Source: Eledone cirrhosa (taxonomy: Eukaryota). From it: a DNA stretch of 64,000 bases. The stretch spans positions 281,232,001 to 281,296,000 of the forward strand of contig OZ024742.1 in NCBI GenBank assembly GCA_964016885.1. Direction: 5' to 3'. Below the pieces are notes generated by a model, which had not been told where the DNA came from, did not search any database, and saw only the letters and a list, made by a program, of their open reading frames with translations. Position 1 is the stretch's first letter. Every line of letters begins with the position of its first letter. Both the position numbers and the translations under genes were made by a program. This document shows positions 36,211 to 50,016 of the stretch, piece after piece.

Positions 36211-39200
36211 AGAGTGGAGACAATTATTAATAATTTCATTCTTAAGCCACGCAATGCCCACATTAATAAACCACTCATGATAATAACAATTTAAAAAAAC
36301 AACAAAAAAGAAAACCCCGTGACCAAGAAATACCGGGATGGCGGCCGGCGGGGAATAGCCGTGTCTCTAGGGGAGAGCGACCCCTCTAGTCTTGGTTGAC
36401 ACTCGTTCTAGAAGTGGTAACACGAAAGGATTACCCCTTGGCGGATAAGGATAACACGCGACAAAATAAAGTAAATGTCTAATGATAAAATCTCACACCG
36501 GATCGGCCGTCACCCGGGTAAAAAAGGGCCGCGTCTCTCAGAGAGGAACCAGACTGGGGTCGAAAAATCAGCTAATGGTTCAAACCTTCCCATCACTTCG
36601 GAGCTGGAGCCCTCCCATAACCGGAATACTCCTACTGTTGGCCCTCCATGCTCCCCACCAAGAAATCCAAAGAAAAAGAGAGAAAAATGGTCAAGGGAAG
36701 ATAATAAAGAAGTCCTTGGGGCTTTCTACACTGCCATGTACTACCCATCAAATACATCTTATACAGAACAGACATATATCAACTGAAAAAAGAAACATCC
36801 CGAAAACAGAGGCTATATTGACAGTAACAAACTAGCCAATATACGAAGAAATATTGTAAAGAAAAAGTTACTAACTGATACAGAAATTGATCAGATCAAG
36901 CTATTAGCACAAAGTTGGCGAAGGAAAAAATGAAACATGTGTCAGTGAAAACGAGGTAAACTGTAACACTTCGAATCCCAGGGTTGGGGCGGAATCACTG
37001 GCAACAGAACAAATTAAAGAAAGGATCGAAAAAGTGGAGGGAGTACATGCTCAAGATGAAACTCCAAATGAAAACAATGAGATCGTAAATGATAAAGAAA
37101 AAAATGAGAATGAACTTGCCAACTTGAAGGATGAAATTATGATCGAATGGATGAAAATGAAAGTATCTGACATGGGGGAACGAGACACCCTCCCTAATAT
37201 CCAGAACTCCAAACAGAACCAAAAGATAATACACAAGGCTAACATAATTATCAAAACCATTATCATCACAAACAAACTAAACATTACTGATTTAAATCAT
37301 CTCTATTATGCATCGGCTAAAGTCACCACTCACTTATGTGGAGTGAAGATGAAAAAACAAAGGAATTCCCACAAGAAATCTACTTGGCAAGAGAACATCA
37401 ATCGCCAAATAAACCTTCTCCGATCAGACATAGAAATTTAAAAAAAACTATAAAGTAGGTGAACATGTTAAACAAACTAAACTTATATAATTGAAAAGAA
37501 AGTACAGTATAAAATTAACAAGTGACATAGACATGCTGATAGAAATAATCAAGCAAAAATTGTCGGCCAAAGCTGCTCGTATAAGGCGCTTTGAAAAACG
37601 ATCTAGATTCTATAAGGACAATAATATGTTCAAAACCAACCAAAGAAACTTCTACAGAAATATTGGTAAGTCAACAATAACTGCTAAATCAATACCACCC
37701 AAGGAGGAAGTGAAAGAATTCTGGGAAAAGATCTGGGCCGAAGAAAAAGTTCATAATAAACACGATCCATGGATAGACAGACAAATGAAAGATACAGCTC
37801 ACCTTGAGGAACAAATATGGGGAAAAAAACAGTTGAACAGTTGCGTTTGGCTCTAAGAAAAATCAGCAAAGGGAAATCCCCAGGAAAAGACAAAATACAA
37901 AATTTTTGGATAAATGCCTTCACAGAGTCTCATGAGCTGTTAGCCCAACTTTACAATGAAATAGTTAAGGAGCCAGAAAAGATACCATCATGGCTAGTTA
38001 ACGGCATTACATTCCTGCTTCCGAAGAATGATGAGACAAACAATCCCCAAAATTACAGACCGATAACTTGCTTGACCACAATGTATAAAATGTTAACATC
38101 AGTCCTAACTGAATACACATATGACCACCTGATAACAAATGACCTATTTCCCATTGAGCAGAAAGGGTGTAAACGAGGCTCATATGGCTGTAAGGATCAG
38201 CTTCTGGTTAACAAAATGATACTGGAAGATTGTCATAATAGACACAAAAATCTATCAATTGCTTGGATAGATTATAAAAAAGCATTCGATAATTTGCCAC
38301 ACAGTTGGATTGAAAAATGTTTAGAGATTTTCAAAATATCCCCCGTTGTCAGGAGGTTTTTGTCATTCATTATGAAGACATGGAAAACGACACTCCTTTT
38401 GAATAGTGAAACAAAATCACTGGAAGCTGGAGAAGTTAATATTAATTGTGGAATTTTTCAGGGTGACTCTTTATCATCGCTTTTATTCTGCATCGCACTT
38501 ATACCATTAAGTAAAATGCTCAATGAAACAAAACATGGATATAAAGTCTATGACAAAACCATTAATTACTTGTTCTACATGGATGACCTGAAACTATTTG
38601 CAAAAAATGATGAACAATTGCAAGGGCTATTATCCACTGTGGATCAGTTCAGTGATGACATTAAAATGGAGTTTGGACCGGGTAAATGCACCAAAGCAAC
38701 ATTCACCACAGGAAAGCTGCTGAAAAGTTCAGACATTAATCATGATCGAGGGAATGTGATAAGAGAACTTGATCAAGAGGAAACTTACAAATATCTAGGT
38801 GTTTGTGAAGGAGACGGAATCAAGCACTCGACAATGAGGGAAAGGATAAGAGAGGAATGTTACCGCAGAGTCAGAGCAATCTTAAGAACGGAATAGAATG
38901 CAAGGAATAGTATCGATGTCATAAAGACGCTTGCCATACCAGTAGTAACCTACAGTTACAATGTCATCAACTGATCAAGCACAGAGATCCGTAGGCTCGA
39001 TACAAAAATTCGAAAATTCAGCACAGAATGCATCACCCTAAGGCAGATACAGATAGAATATATCTCCCAAGGAAAGAAGGAGGACCTGGGTTAATACAGT
39101 TAGACATTGCGTTGAAAACTGAAACAATTGGATTATCTACATATCTAAGGGAATCACATGATTGGATGATCAAACTCTGTTTTGAAACACGAAAGCATTA

Positions 39201-40259
39201 AAAGATCATACTCCATTACAAAAGATGCACAAAGATACAGTAATGGACTACACATTTCAGAAGTCCCATTTACTGCTGAAATGGAAAACACAGAAAAAGC
39301 AAAGCAGGTAAAAGTAACTGCAAAGAAAGAACTGCTACAGAAACTGGCTAAGAAATGGCAAGAAAAGCCTCTGTATGGAAAATACACAGAACGAGCTAAC
39401 AATCCTGATGTTGACAAAACTTTAACCCATCAGTGGTTGGCATCCTCTGGACTGAAATCGGAGACTGCAGGACTGATTATATCAGCACAAGGTCAGTGTC
39501 TGCCAACAAAAAATTACCAAGCCAACATAATAAAAATTGGATGCAGCCCATTATGCCGTGTATGTAAAAAACAACCAGAGACCATTGACCATATAATTTC
39601 AATGTGCAGTCCTATAGCTCCAACCGAATACCTAAACAGGCATGACAGAGCTGCACAATACATACATTGGATAATGTGTAAGCATTTTGACCTGCCCCAT
39701 CAAAAGAATTGGTGGGAGCACCAGCCACCTCCCATACTTGAAAAAGATCACATCTCAATCTTGTGGAACTTTAGCATCCAAACAGACCGAAAAATAGATG
39801 CAAATAGACCTGATATAATATTGAAGGACTTTCAAAAGAGGGTATGCCTGCTAATTGATATGTCCGTTCCAATAGACAAGAATGTATCTATAAAAACATA
39901 TGAAAAATTGAGCAAGTATAAGGACCTGGAGATAGAAATTGGAAAAATGTGGAAATTGAGAACTAAAACAATACCAGTGGTTGTAGGCACTCCAGGAATG
40001 ATACCTAAGGGGTCTAATGATTACTTATCGAAAATCTCAGGAAACCCGCGTATAGGAGAAGTACAAAAGATAGTACTAATGGGAACTGCCCATATACTAA
40101 GGAAGATTCTGTCAATATAAGTACATCACAAGTCTAAACACTAAAGATGCATGTGTGAGTATGTATGTTCTTTCTTGAACATGTCGGACCTTGTTGTCTC
40201 TTGAGGTCACTGGTTGTGACTTGGTGATAACTCGTATGAACATAAAGCAAGATAAAGGC

Positions 40260-40260
<1 letters not shown>
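36211..40260 (+). mobile_element. R4-clade (Dong/Rex6-like) RLE retrotransposon, copy 2; ORF 36475-40120 disrupted
   Basis: Colinear with and highly similar to copy 1, with different inactivating lesions; (TAA)n tail. Confidence 0.92.
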
Positions 40261-40321
<61 letters not shown>

Positions 40322-40323
<2 letters not shown>

Positions 40324-43300
40324 TTTCATTTATTAGCCATAAGGGCCGACATGTAGCGGACAATACAAAGAGAGGGACAGTGGGGGTTTACAATAAGGTC
40401 GAGTAAAAGTGCACAATGGCAAGACTAATTTAACAATGAAAATATAAAAATATAAAATAAACTATGCATAAATATAACAAAATAAATTACTCGATAGGGG
40501 GTGGACGACCCTGGGGTGATTCGGGTTCCCCACCAAATCTGAACCACCCTGCGCTTCTAGGGCACCCAGGAGAGCACCCCTCTCCTCAAGTTAGCCAGCC
40601 TATAGGCGCATGGTCAGAGTAGGCCCATTCACACAAGCCATTCTCGCCACATTCACCCACCTTTTAGCAAATGTACTGGGGGGAAGCGCTTCTCTCTCCA
40701 CCCTCACCCTCCTTTCCAGGTGAAACTTGAAGAAGTTGATGAGGGATTGGCCGAAGAGAAAAGTGTCTGTCTTTAGTCCTTTCAACCTGGTCCACCATAT
40801 AATCTCTTTCGCAACTGCCACCAGACAGAGGAAAATGTCCTGCTCTTCCTGACCTAAGGAAGGTGGCGGCTCGATCTTCACTATGGACTCGACCGATAGC
40901 CGGATTCGTTCCACACGCGACAGTAGCTGTTCGACATAACTCCACAAGTCAGTAATGCACGGACATTGGACAAGTGCGTGCAGAATGGTTTCGTCGTTCT
41001 GTGCGCATCTTGGGCAGGTCCGTCTGACAGCACTTCCGTGCCTGTAGAGTTTATCCCGAACCGGCAGTGCCCCCCGGTAGCACTGCCAAGCGAGGGATTT
41101 CTGGAAATTGTCCATCGTCCCCGGCTCAAAAGTCCTCCGGTACAGACTGGTCAGTTCGACTTCGTTGAGGCCCAAAGCTTCACCGAGTGTGTCATCGCAC
41201 TTGTCCACCACTAATCCTCTATAGAACTCGAGAGTGGAAGTTCCACTGATCGCATTGCCCGCTTGGTAGAGGGCAGTGAGTGCCTGGCAACATTCCAGGT
41301 GCCAGTCACCCAGTCTCGGTCTCTTCTTGACCCAGGACTGCAGCTCAGTCAAAGAAACGAGCTGCGGAAAGGCCCGTCTGATAAACGGCGACCACACCTG
41401 TTCACCATTGAGGCAGAATATCTGGAGATGTGGCAGCCTCAACGCATGTCTGCGCATCATTAGCCACGGCATGCCCAGCCCTCCGCGTAGAGGGTGCTGG
41501 CAGCAGATGGACCGCTTCACCAACGGAACTTGTCCCCTCCACAAGAATTTGAAGAGGAGCCGTTCCAACTTGACGAGGCGCGGACGGGGGCAAGGCACGA
41601 CGGTTAGGCGGTAGTAGATGACGGACGCGATGTACGCATTCGCCACCTCCGCGCGATCTTTCAGTGATAGCTTCCTCCCAGCCCATTTTGGGGTGAGACT
41701 GGCTACTCTGCTCGTTACCTCGTCCCAATTCTTTTCCACCTGGAGGTCTGGTCCGAACCAAACCCCGAGCAACTTTACCGGTCCGTCCGTCCAGCGCCCC
41801 ACGACGCTGTTGGACGGCATGGGCTTGCCTCTCCGGGTTCCGAGCTGCAAGCCCACCGACTTTTCCGGGTTAAGTTTGGCTCCTGTCAACCTTCCATATT
41901 CCTTCAATAAGGTGCCGACCACCTCGATTTCTGAGGTGTTCGACACCATCACGGTGATGTCGTCCGCATAAGCCGACACCGCCTTTCCACGTCCCGGTTC
42001 GAGCGGGATGCCCTGCAACAGCTCCAGGTTCCGCAGTAAAGGCTCGAGAGTCAATACGTACAGAAGGGAAGAGAGAGGGCACCCTTGACGGACCGATCGG
42101 GAGAGCCGAAATGGTTCCGAGAGGTGGCCATTAACCTTGACCACCGAGCGTGTGCCGCTGTGCATTGCAACGATCCAGCTTCTAAAGACAGGGCCGAAGC
42201 CAGCTGCTTTGAGGACAACCTCCAGGTACCGATGGTCGACCCTATCGAATGCTTTCGATTGATCTAAATTGATCAGTGCCCCACCGAAGCCAGGTTTACA
42301 CCCTACCCTCTCTATGATGTATCGCATGAGGTGGAGATTGTCGTGTATGGACCTGGCTGGGATTGCGCAAGTTTGCGCCTCCCCAACCAAATCCTCGACG
42401 ACAAGCGCCAATCTCTTTGCTAACACCTTGGCCAAATTCTTAAACTCTGTGTTGAGCAGAGTTATGGGCCTGAAGTTGTCTAATGTATCCCTCTTGTTCT
42501 CGTCTTTCCTTATCAGCGTCACCACTCCCCTGCTCACAGAACTGGGAATACTCCCATTCTGCTGCCAGTTACAGTAGAGTGCTTCGAGGAGTTCGGAGAA
42601 CAAGTCTGGCATATTTACGTAAAGCTCGTAGGGCAGGCCATCCAAGCCGGGTGACTTGCGCCTCATGCAGCCGACAAGGGCGTCCTGAATTTCGGCTGAA
42701 GTAATCGGCCGTTCGCAACGCTCAGCGTCGACCGTCGAGATGCGCGGCAAGCCGTCAAGGTAGGGACTGGAATCCGCTACTCTCTCTGACTCGCCACTCT
42801 CCCCGAACAACCGAGCAAAGTGCTGGCGAAAGGCCTCACACATCCGCTTGGAATCGCTTATCTCGTGTCCGTCTCGGTCCGCCAAAGACCGAATTGTGGT
42901 TTTATTACCACGCTGCGCCTCCGCCACGCGGGCCCATCGAACAGCTTTAGTTCCCTCGTTTCTCAGCGCACGCGCCTTAGCTCTGACAATGCAACCTTCG
43001 TGTTTGGCATTGAAGAAATGGTCTAATGCCATTCTCGCCGCTAGCACGTCAGTTGCGATGCCACTACAAATAGCCTCGTCTAACTTATCTACCAGCTCCC
43101 CCTCCTTTCTATTTTTCTCTAACGCTAGTTCTTTGCTGAACTCTATCGAAGTTACTCTAATCTCTCTTTTGAGAGCCCCCACCATCTGTTGTTGATGATC
43201 CCCCCTGTCAACTTTTGCTTAACTAACTTATTGACTCGGTCCCTGTAAGCCTTACGTGCCGGAAATGACATGTTCAGCTTCCAGTAACCCGGTCCTAACC

Positions 43301-45063
43301 TACGCGTTTTATTTAGGTCGACCGTACAGATCACAAATTTGTGATCTGAATAGGCGACCGTTTTAAAAAGTGGACAGCCCACACTATTTCTATCTATTTT
43401 CCTAATGAAGATTCTGTCTATATACGATCTAGATGACCCCATTCGGTTGGTCCATGTCCATACTGGCACATTGGGGAAATCTAGTCGATACCTGTCAGAC
43501 AGTTGGAACTGGCTGAGTAGGTGCTTGAGGCTTTTGCACCCCCCGCTCCTATCGGCTACTCCCACACAATCCCAGCGTGCGTATAAGATGCCATTCCAGT
43601 CCCCCGCTAACAGTAAAGGGCGAGTCGTACCCAGAAAGGTCTCCAGGCGCCTAAAGAAGTCAGGTCGTCCGGCCCCTGTAGGGGCGTAGGCGGCCACCAG
43701 TCTAAAGGCACCACCTTCGCTACTGCTCACATCCAAGACCACCAACTTACCGTCCGGGTCCCGGAAGATCGACCTTACCTCGAGATCCAGTCCTTTCCTA
43801 AACAGCACTGCCCCCCCCACCCCCATTCCCGGCCTGCTAACAGATGCGAAGATCTGATAGTCGTCGAAAATGGGGGCTAGTGCACGCGTGTCGGAAATTC
43901 TGGTCTCGCTTACGGCAATCACATCCATTTCCAGCGACCGGAGGTCGTTGAGCAGGCGACCCTGCTTCCAGGGTGACCCCAGGCCGCGAACATTTAAACT
44001 TCCTACTCTTAATATGGCCATATTGGTAAGCTAAGAGAGAGGGAAGTTTTACTTACCTCCCGGGTCTTGTGAAGGTCGGGTGGTTCGACCTCCATGGTTG
44101 TTGAGGTTTCTTTTGGGAGCCTCTTTAAAAGTCTTGATGTAGGTTTCACATTCGGGTTTCCCACGTCTTGAGGAAAGCTCTCTCGAATTTCTTTGAAGGA
44201 ATTGAGTGACATTCGGACCAGAAGCAAATCTTCTGGCACGCAAAATGTGCTCATTTCAAAAATCTCCCCCTCTGTTTGAAAGTCCTCGCTTCGCGCTAAG
44301 AGAGCCATCAGTTTATCGTTGGCCCTTCTGACAAGCACGAAGTTTTTAACATTTTGTTGGTGTGGTTTTATTTGTTTTCGTTTTGGTGAAGGTGGTGGCG
44401 ATGGTTTTGGTGGTGTTGTTTCGGGTATGTCTATGTTTGTTGTAGGTGTGGTGTCTGCAATTTCAGGTATTTGTGTCTTTATTTGTACTTGTGTTTGTTT
44501 AGGTTGTTTGCGTTTCGGGGATTGTGGAGGTGGTGTCGATGTTGCTGATGGTGCTGATGTTATTGGGGAAGTGTCTGCGTTAGTGGTGTCTACATTTTTG
44601 TTGTGTGTGTCTTTGTGTTTTGTAGGGGCTTTTTTTTTTTTTGTGAGTTTTCTCTGTTTTTTTGCACTTTTGGGTTTTCCTTCATCTTCGCTGCTGGAAG
44701 ACAAAGGGTCCGTGTCTGTGAGTGTCTCTGTGTCTGTGTGTGTGTTTATTTTTTTTTGTCTATGTATAGAGTTGGGGGGGGTAGGGGGAGTGGGAGAGCT
44801 TTCCTCGTTTTCTCCCTGGATTGGTTTTGGTGTTGGTGGTGTTCCAGCTGCTTTTGATGTTGGTGTCCGTGTTTTTGTTGATGTTGTTTTTGGTGGTGGT
44901 GGTGGTGCAGCTTTCCGTGCTGACACTGGCGTTGGCAACAAAGGAGGTTTGCGACCCCCTGCATTTTTGCGCTGAGGGCAGAAGGCTTGAAGATGCGTGG
45001 CTTCCCCGCAAACGAAGCAGCGTGGCCTTCTTCCGTCAATCATTAGTTGGATTGTTGTCCCAT
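40322..45063 (-). mobile_element. Tx1/L1-clade element family B, 5'-truncated within ORF1; ORF2 44021-40600 has one frameshift near 43190
   Basis: APE 43152-44021, RT 40600-43185, ORF1 knuckle CFVCGEATHLQAFC. 3' end is AATAAATGAAATC then (ATT)n. Confidence 0.92.
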
Positions 45064-48000
45064 CCTGATCACCGTCGTGGAAGAGGTGGAGATGTCGTAG
45101 CCTGAGCGCGTGTCTGCGCATATTCAGCCACGGCATGCCCAGCCCTCCACGTAGCGGGTGTTGACAGAAGATGGACAGCCTGACCATCGGAGCGCGTCCC
45201 TTCCACAAAATGCGAACGAGCAAACGCTCCAGCGCAGTCAGGTTGAGCTTAGGACAAGGTACGACGGTCAGGCGGTAGTAGATGACGGACGCGATGTACG
45301 CGTTAGCCACCTCCGCTCGACCTTTCAGGGATAGCTTGCTCTCGGCCCATTTCTGGGTGAGAAAAGCCACCCTGCTCGTCACCTCGTCCCAGTTTTTGTC
45401 CGTCTGGAGGTCCGGACCGAACCAGACCTCTAGCAATTTAACCGGTCCGTCCGTCCAGCGCCCGACGACGCAGTTGGGCGGCATGGACCTGCCTCTCCAG
45501 GTGCCGAGCTGCAGGCCCACTGACTTTTATGGTTGATCATTGCTCCTATCACCGCTTCGTATTCTCTTAGTCTAGTGCCGATCGCATCGATGGGTTTGGC
45601 GTTCGACACCGGTACGGTGACATCGTCGGCATATGCTGACACGGTTCTTCCGTATCCTAGTTCGCGCGGGACCGCTCTCTAACGCCTCTAGTTTGTGCAG
45701 TAATGGCTCGAGAGTCAATAAGTACAAGAGAGACGAGAGGGGACATCCTTGGCGGACCGAGCGCATGATGTTGAACGGTTCCGAAAAGTGACCGTTCACT
45801 TTCACCACAGAGCAGATGCCGCTGTGCATGGCAGCGATCCAGCCTCTGAAGACGGGCCCAAAGCCAGCCGCCCTCAGGACTGCCGCTAGGTAACGATGGT
45901 CGACCCTATCGAAAGCTTTCGACTGATCTAAATTGATCAAGAACCCATCCGTGCCATGTTCCCTAGCTACCCTCTCTACGATGTATCGCATGAGGTGGAG
46001 GTTGTCGTGGATGGATCTGTCGGCAAAGGCGCACGTATCCGCCTCTCCCACCAGACTTCCAACGACAAGCGCCAACCTCTTTGCTAGCACCTTGGCCAAA
46101 ATCTTGAACTCTGTGTTTAGCAGAGTTGTGGGCCTGAAATTATCTATGTTATCCCCCTTGTTCGGGTCCTTTCTCGGCAGCGCCAGAGCTCCTCGGCTCA
46201 CAGAGCTGGGAATTCTCCCGTTCTGTTTCCAGTTGCAGTAGACGTCCGCCTAGAGGCCTCAGGACAAGTTTGGCATCAGTACGTAAAGTTCATAGGGCAG
46301 ACCATCCAAACCAGGCGATTTACCCGTTGTGCAGCCAGTCATTGCCTCCCGTACTTCAGCGGCTGTTATCGGCTTTTCGCAACACTCCGCCTCAGTCGCC
46401 GAGAGCCGCGGCGGTCCGTCAAGGTAGACAGTAAAGTCCATCCCTCGATTCGGCCCGCCGCTGCCCAAGAACAGCTGGGCGAAGTGTCGCTGGAAAGCTT
46501 CACACATTTTCCCGGGATCGAGTAGCTTGCGCCCGTCGTGGTCCACCAAACACCGGATCGTGGCTTTGTTGCCACGACGCGCCTCCGCTGCTCGGGCCCA
46601 TTGAACGGCTTTCGTCCCCTCGTGACTGAGAGCACGCACCCTAGCTCTGACAACGCAGCCTTCGTGCTTTGCATTGAAGAATTTGTCAAGGGCCAATTTC
46701 GCCGCAAGTACGTCGGTCGCGATGCCTTTGCTAAGGCATCGCCTCGTCTAATGTTCTAACTAGTTCTCCCTCTGCTCTATTTTTCTCTATTGCTAAAGCC
46801 TTACTAAATCTAATGGTCTCTATTATAATTGCTCTTTTCAGAGCAAACCACCACTTGTTGTTGACTATGGACCCCGTCAATACCCGCTTAACTAGTTCGC
46901 TAATCCGGTCTCTGTATGCCTTGCGCGCTGGTAAGGACGCGTTTAGCTTCCAATAGCCGGGTCCTCGACTATGAAGCCTATCTAAGTCAAGCACACAGAT
47001 CACGAATTTGTGGTCCGTGTAGCTGACTATCTTTAATTGTGGACAGCCTATGCTAGACCTATCTATTTCCCTACAAAATACACTATCTAGATATGATCTG
47101 GGTGACCCTATGCGATTTGTCCAAGTCCACATTGGCACATTCGGGAAATCCAATCGGTACCTGTCAGACAGTTCAAAATGCCTAAGCAGGTTGGTGAGGC
47201 TCTTGCACCCTTCTCCCCTATCCGCTAATCCCACACAGTCCCAGCGTGCATCTAAGATCCCGTTCCATTCGCCCACTAACACTAAAGAGCGGGACATTCC
47301 AAGAAACGTCTCCAGACGCCTGAAGAAATCAGGCCGCCCTGCTCCTGTCGGGGCATAGACGGCCACTAGCCTGAAAGCTTGCCAGTCTCCGCCGACCACC
47401 TCCAGCACCACCAACTTCCCTTCTGGGGCCAGGAATATGGCCCGTATGGCAAGATCCAAACCTCTCCGAAAAAGCACAGCAACTCCTCCGCCCAATCCAG
47501 GACGGCAGGGAGATGTGTACACATCGTAGCCGCCGAAGATCGGTGAGATGGCTCGTACTTCGGAGATTCTGGTCTCGCTGATGGCCACTACATCCATGTT
47601 TAGTGACCTGAGGTCGTTGAGCAGGTGGCCCTGCTTCCATGACGACCCCAAGCCACGCGCATTTATGCTGCCTATTCTGAGTGAGGTCATGTTGAAATGG
47701 AGTGGAAAAGATGGGAAAGACCATTTACCTTACTTCTCGTAGAGGAAGGATGGTTCCTCCATCCTTTTCACTGCTTGTGGCCTCATCCGGAAAGTTGTCC
47801 TTATAAATCCTCCTGGAGAGTGCTTGTCGGAAGTCTCCGATGTCTTTGGGGAATTTTTGTTTTAGTCGTGTACGTTTTCTGTGTGATGCGAGTGATTTGT
47901 ATGTGTGGAGGTGGTGTGAACTTTTGGTTTGTTGTGTAGTCCTTTTCTGTGATGCTGGTGTTGTGTTGGATGTAGTGTAATAATTGGTTGTTGTTCAAAT

Positions 48001-50003
48001 TTAATTGTTTCTACTTTAGACACAAGGCCAGCAATTACACAGTGCATTACTGGTACTTTATTTTATCGACCTCGTAAGGATGAAAGGCAAAGTCAACCTC
48101 GGCGGGTGCTGTGTAGTGTGTATCGTTTTGGTTGTTTTGTTTTGTTTCTGTTTGTTGTGGGTTTGTTTCTCTTTCGCTTTTTGGTGACTTTGTGGTGTTG
48201 GTGATGGTGGTGTTGGGGTTAATGATGGTGTTGGTGTTGGTGTTTGTGGTGATGGGGTTGGTGATGCTGGTGTGGATGGTGGCATATCTGTCCTAACTTT
48301 TTTGTTTGATAGTTTATTTCGTTTTTGAGGGGGAAGGAAGGGGACTTTTTTGTTTGATTGTGTATTTTGCTTTTGGAAGGGGAAAGAAGGGGACTTTTTC
48401 TTTTTTGGTTTCTTTTTCTTTTTTTCTTTTTTCCTGATACCGCTTCTGACCCGTCGTCGTCACAAACTGTCTCCAGTTACGATAGGTCGGGGAGTGGAAA
48501 ATCCTCCACAGGCATTGGTTTTGGTTGTGGCGTGGTGGATAGTGTAGGCGCTGGTGCTAGTTCTGGCACATTGGGTGGTGGTGGTGTTGGTATTTGCTAC
48601 TGTTGTTGGGGTTGTTGCTGTTACAGTTGCTTCTGTTGTTGCTGCTACAGTTGTTGCTGCCATTTCTGCTGCTGGTGGTGTTGATTGTTGAGTCACTGGG
48701 GTGGGTAAGAGAGGTGGCCTCAACCTTTTAGCCTGAGGGCAGAAAGCCCTTAGGTGGGTTCCTTCACCACAAACGACACACCTAGGCCTTCTGCTCTCGA
48801 CGATTACGGTGAGGTGGCTGCCGTCAGTGAGGTCTATTACCTCTGGGATCTCCTCAATGCTTTTTTGGTCCGCTTGGATCAGGAGCTCCATCCCAGATCC
48901 GGACCAGTTCTCCTGCTTTTCTTTCGCTATTACGATTAACTTGGTGTTGGCTTCGATGCCGGTGAGGACGTCAGCCATTAGCCAGGGAATTTAGATGGCC
49001 GGTGGAACGTGGGTCACCCTGTTATTCACGAGTCTCTGGCCACAATAGCTTGGGACGAGTGTGAAGTCGTCACTTCTTAATGGGGCCAGGGAGTGTTCTC
49101 TGGCCTCCTGTGATGTTTCAAAGAACACGTCCACGTTTCCATATTTCTGCCCACATCTGATGTGGGTTTTTTTGCCCACACATGTCCCAAAGCTTTTTGG
49201 ATTTGGGACTCGGATGCCCGTTCCACTCGGCGCGATTTTATGTTTATCGTCCGATAAGACACGGTGAATAGGCGCCGATGCTCCATTTTATTAGGTGTGT
49301 GTGGGGGAGGCTGACCATGTACCCATCTTTCTTTACCATTCTTTTGGCTTCTTCTAATTCCTCCTGAGTTACCTGGAATGCTTCGCACTTTTTTGCTACT
49401 CTAGCAAAAGACAGGGTGGTTTTCTTAATTTCATTGTTGCTGTTGTTGTTATCGTTATTTTTGTTATTGTTAATTTTAGTTTCAGTTGTGGTGGTGGTGG
49501 TGTCAGTGGTGTTCGTCGTGGAAGAGTTCTTTTGGATGAATTTATTCCGATATCACGAGATAATTTATTTTTTTATTTTGTTTCTGTTGTCGTTGTGGTG
49601 GTGGTGGGGGTGGCGGCTTCAACACCTGCAGTCATTGGTAATGGCGGGAAATGAATGTCGGCCTGAATCAAATTTAAAATATTGCTACTGCTTATATTTT
49701 TAGTGTTGACAAACGTAGTAATATTTACAAAGGTGGTGTCGGTGTGAGGTTTTAGTTTGTGAGGAAGGTTTAACCCTGAGTCGTCCATGATTTTTTCAAA
49801 GAAAAATGTTTTGTTTGATAATTATAAAAGTTTCAATTTGGGGCTCAAGGCCCCAAACTTTTTGAATGTCCTTTTCAGATAACAATGTATGTGCACTTAT
49901 ATACAGTTAACAATAAAAATTTTCCATAAATGACAATTTTAGACAACTGAAAATAACAAACCTTTGCGGAGCTCACGATAATACGATTTACTACGTAGGT
50001 CGC
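45064..50003 (-). mobile_element. Tx1/L1-clade element with family-A-like ORF2 (3'-truncated, frameshifted) and a divergent ORF1/5' UTR
   Basis: ORF2 fragments 47690-45064 are nearly identical to 28363-25741. ORF1 relic has CVVCGEGTHLRAFC. A SINE is inserted at 48003-48106, and the 5' end abuts (TAA)n. Confidence 0.88.
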
Positions 50004-50016
50004 TAATAATAATAAT

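Noticed and set aside
25271-49703. Plus-strand ORFs overlapping the Tx1 elements and minus-strand ORFs overlapping the Dong elements
   Set aside because: They are antisense shadows of retrotransposon ORFs with no independent motifs.
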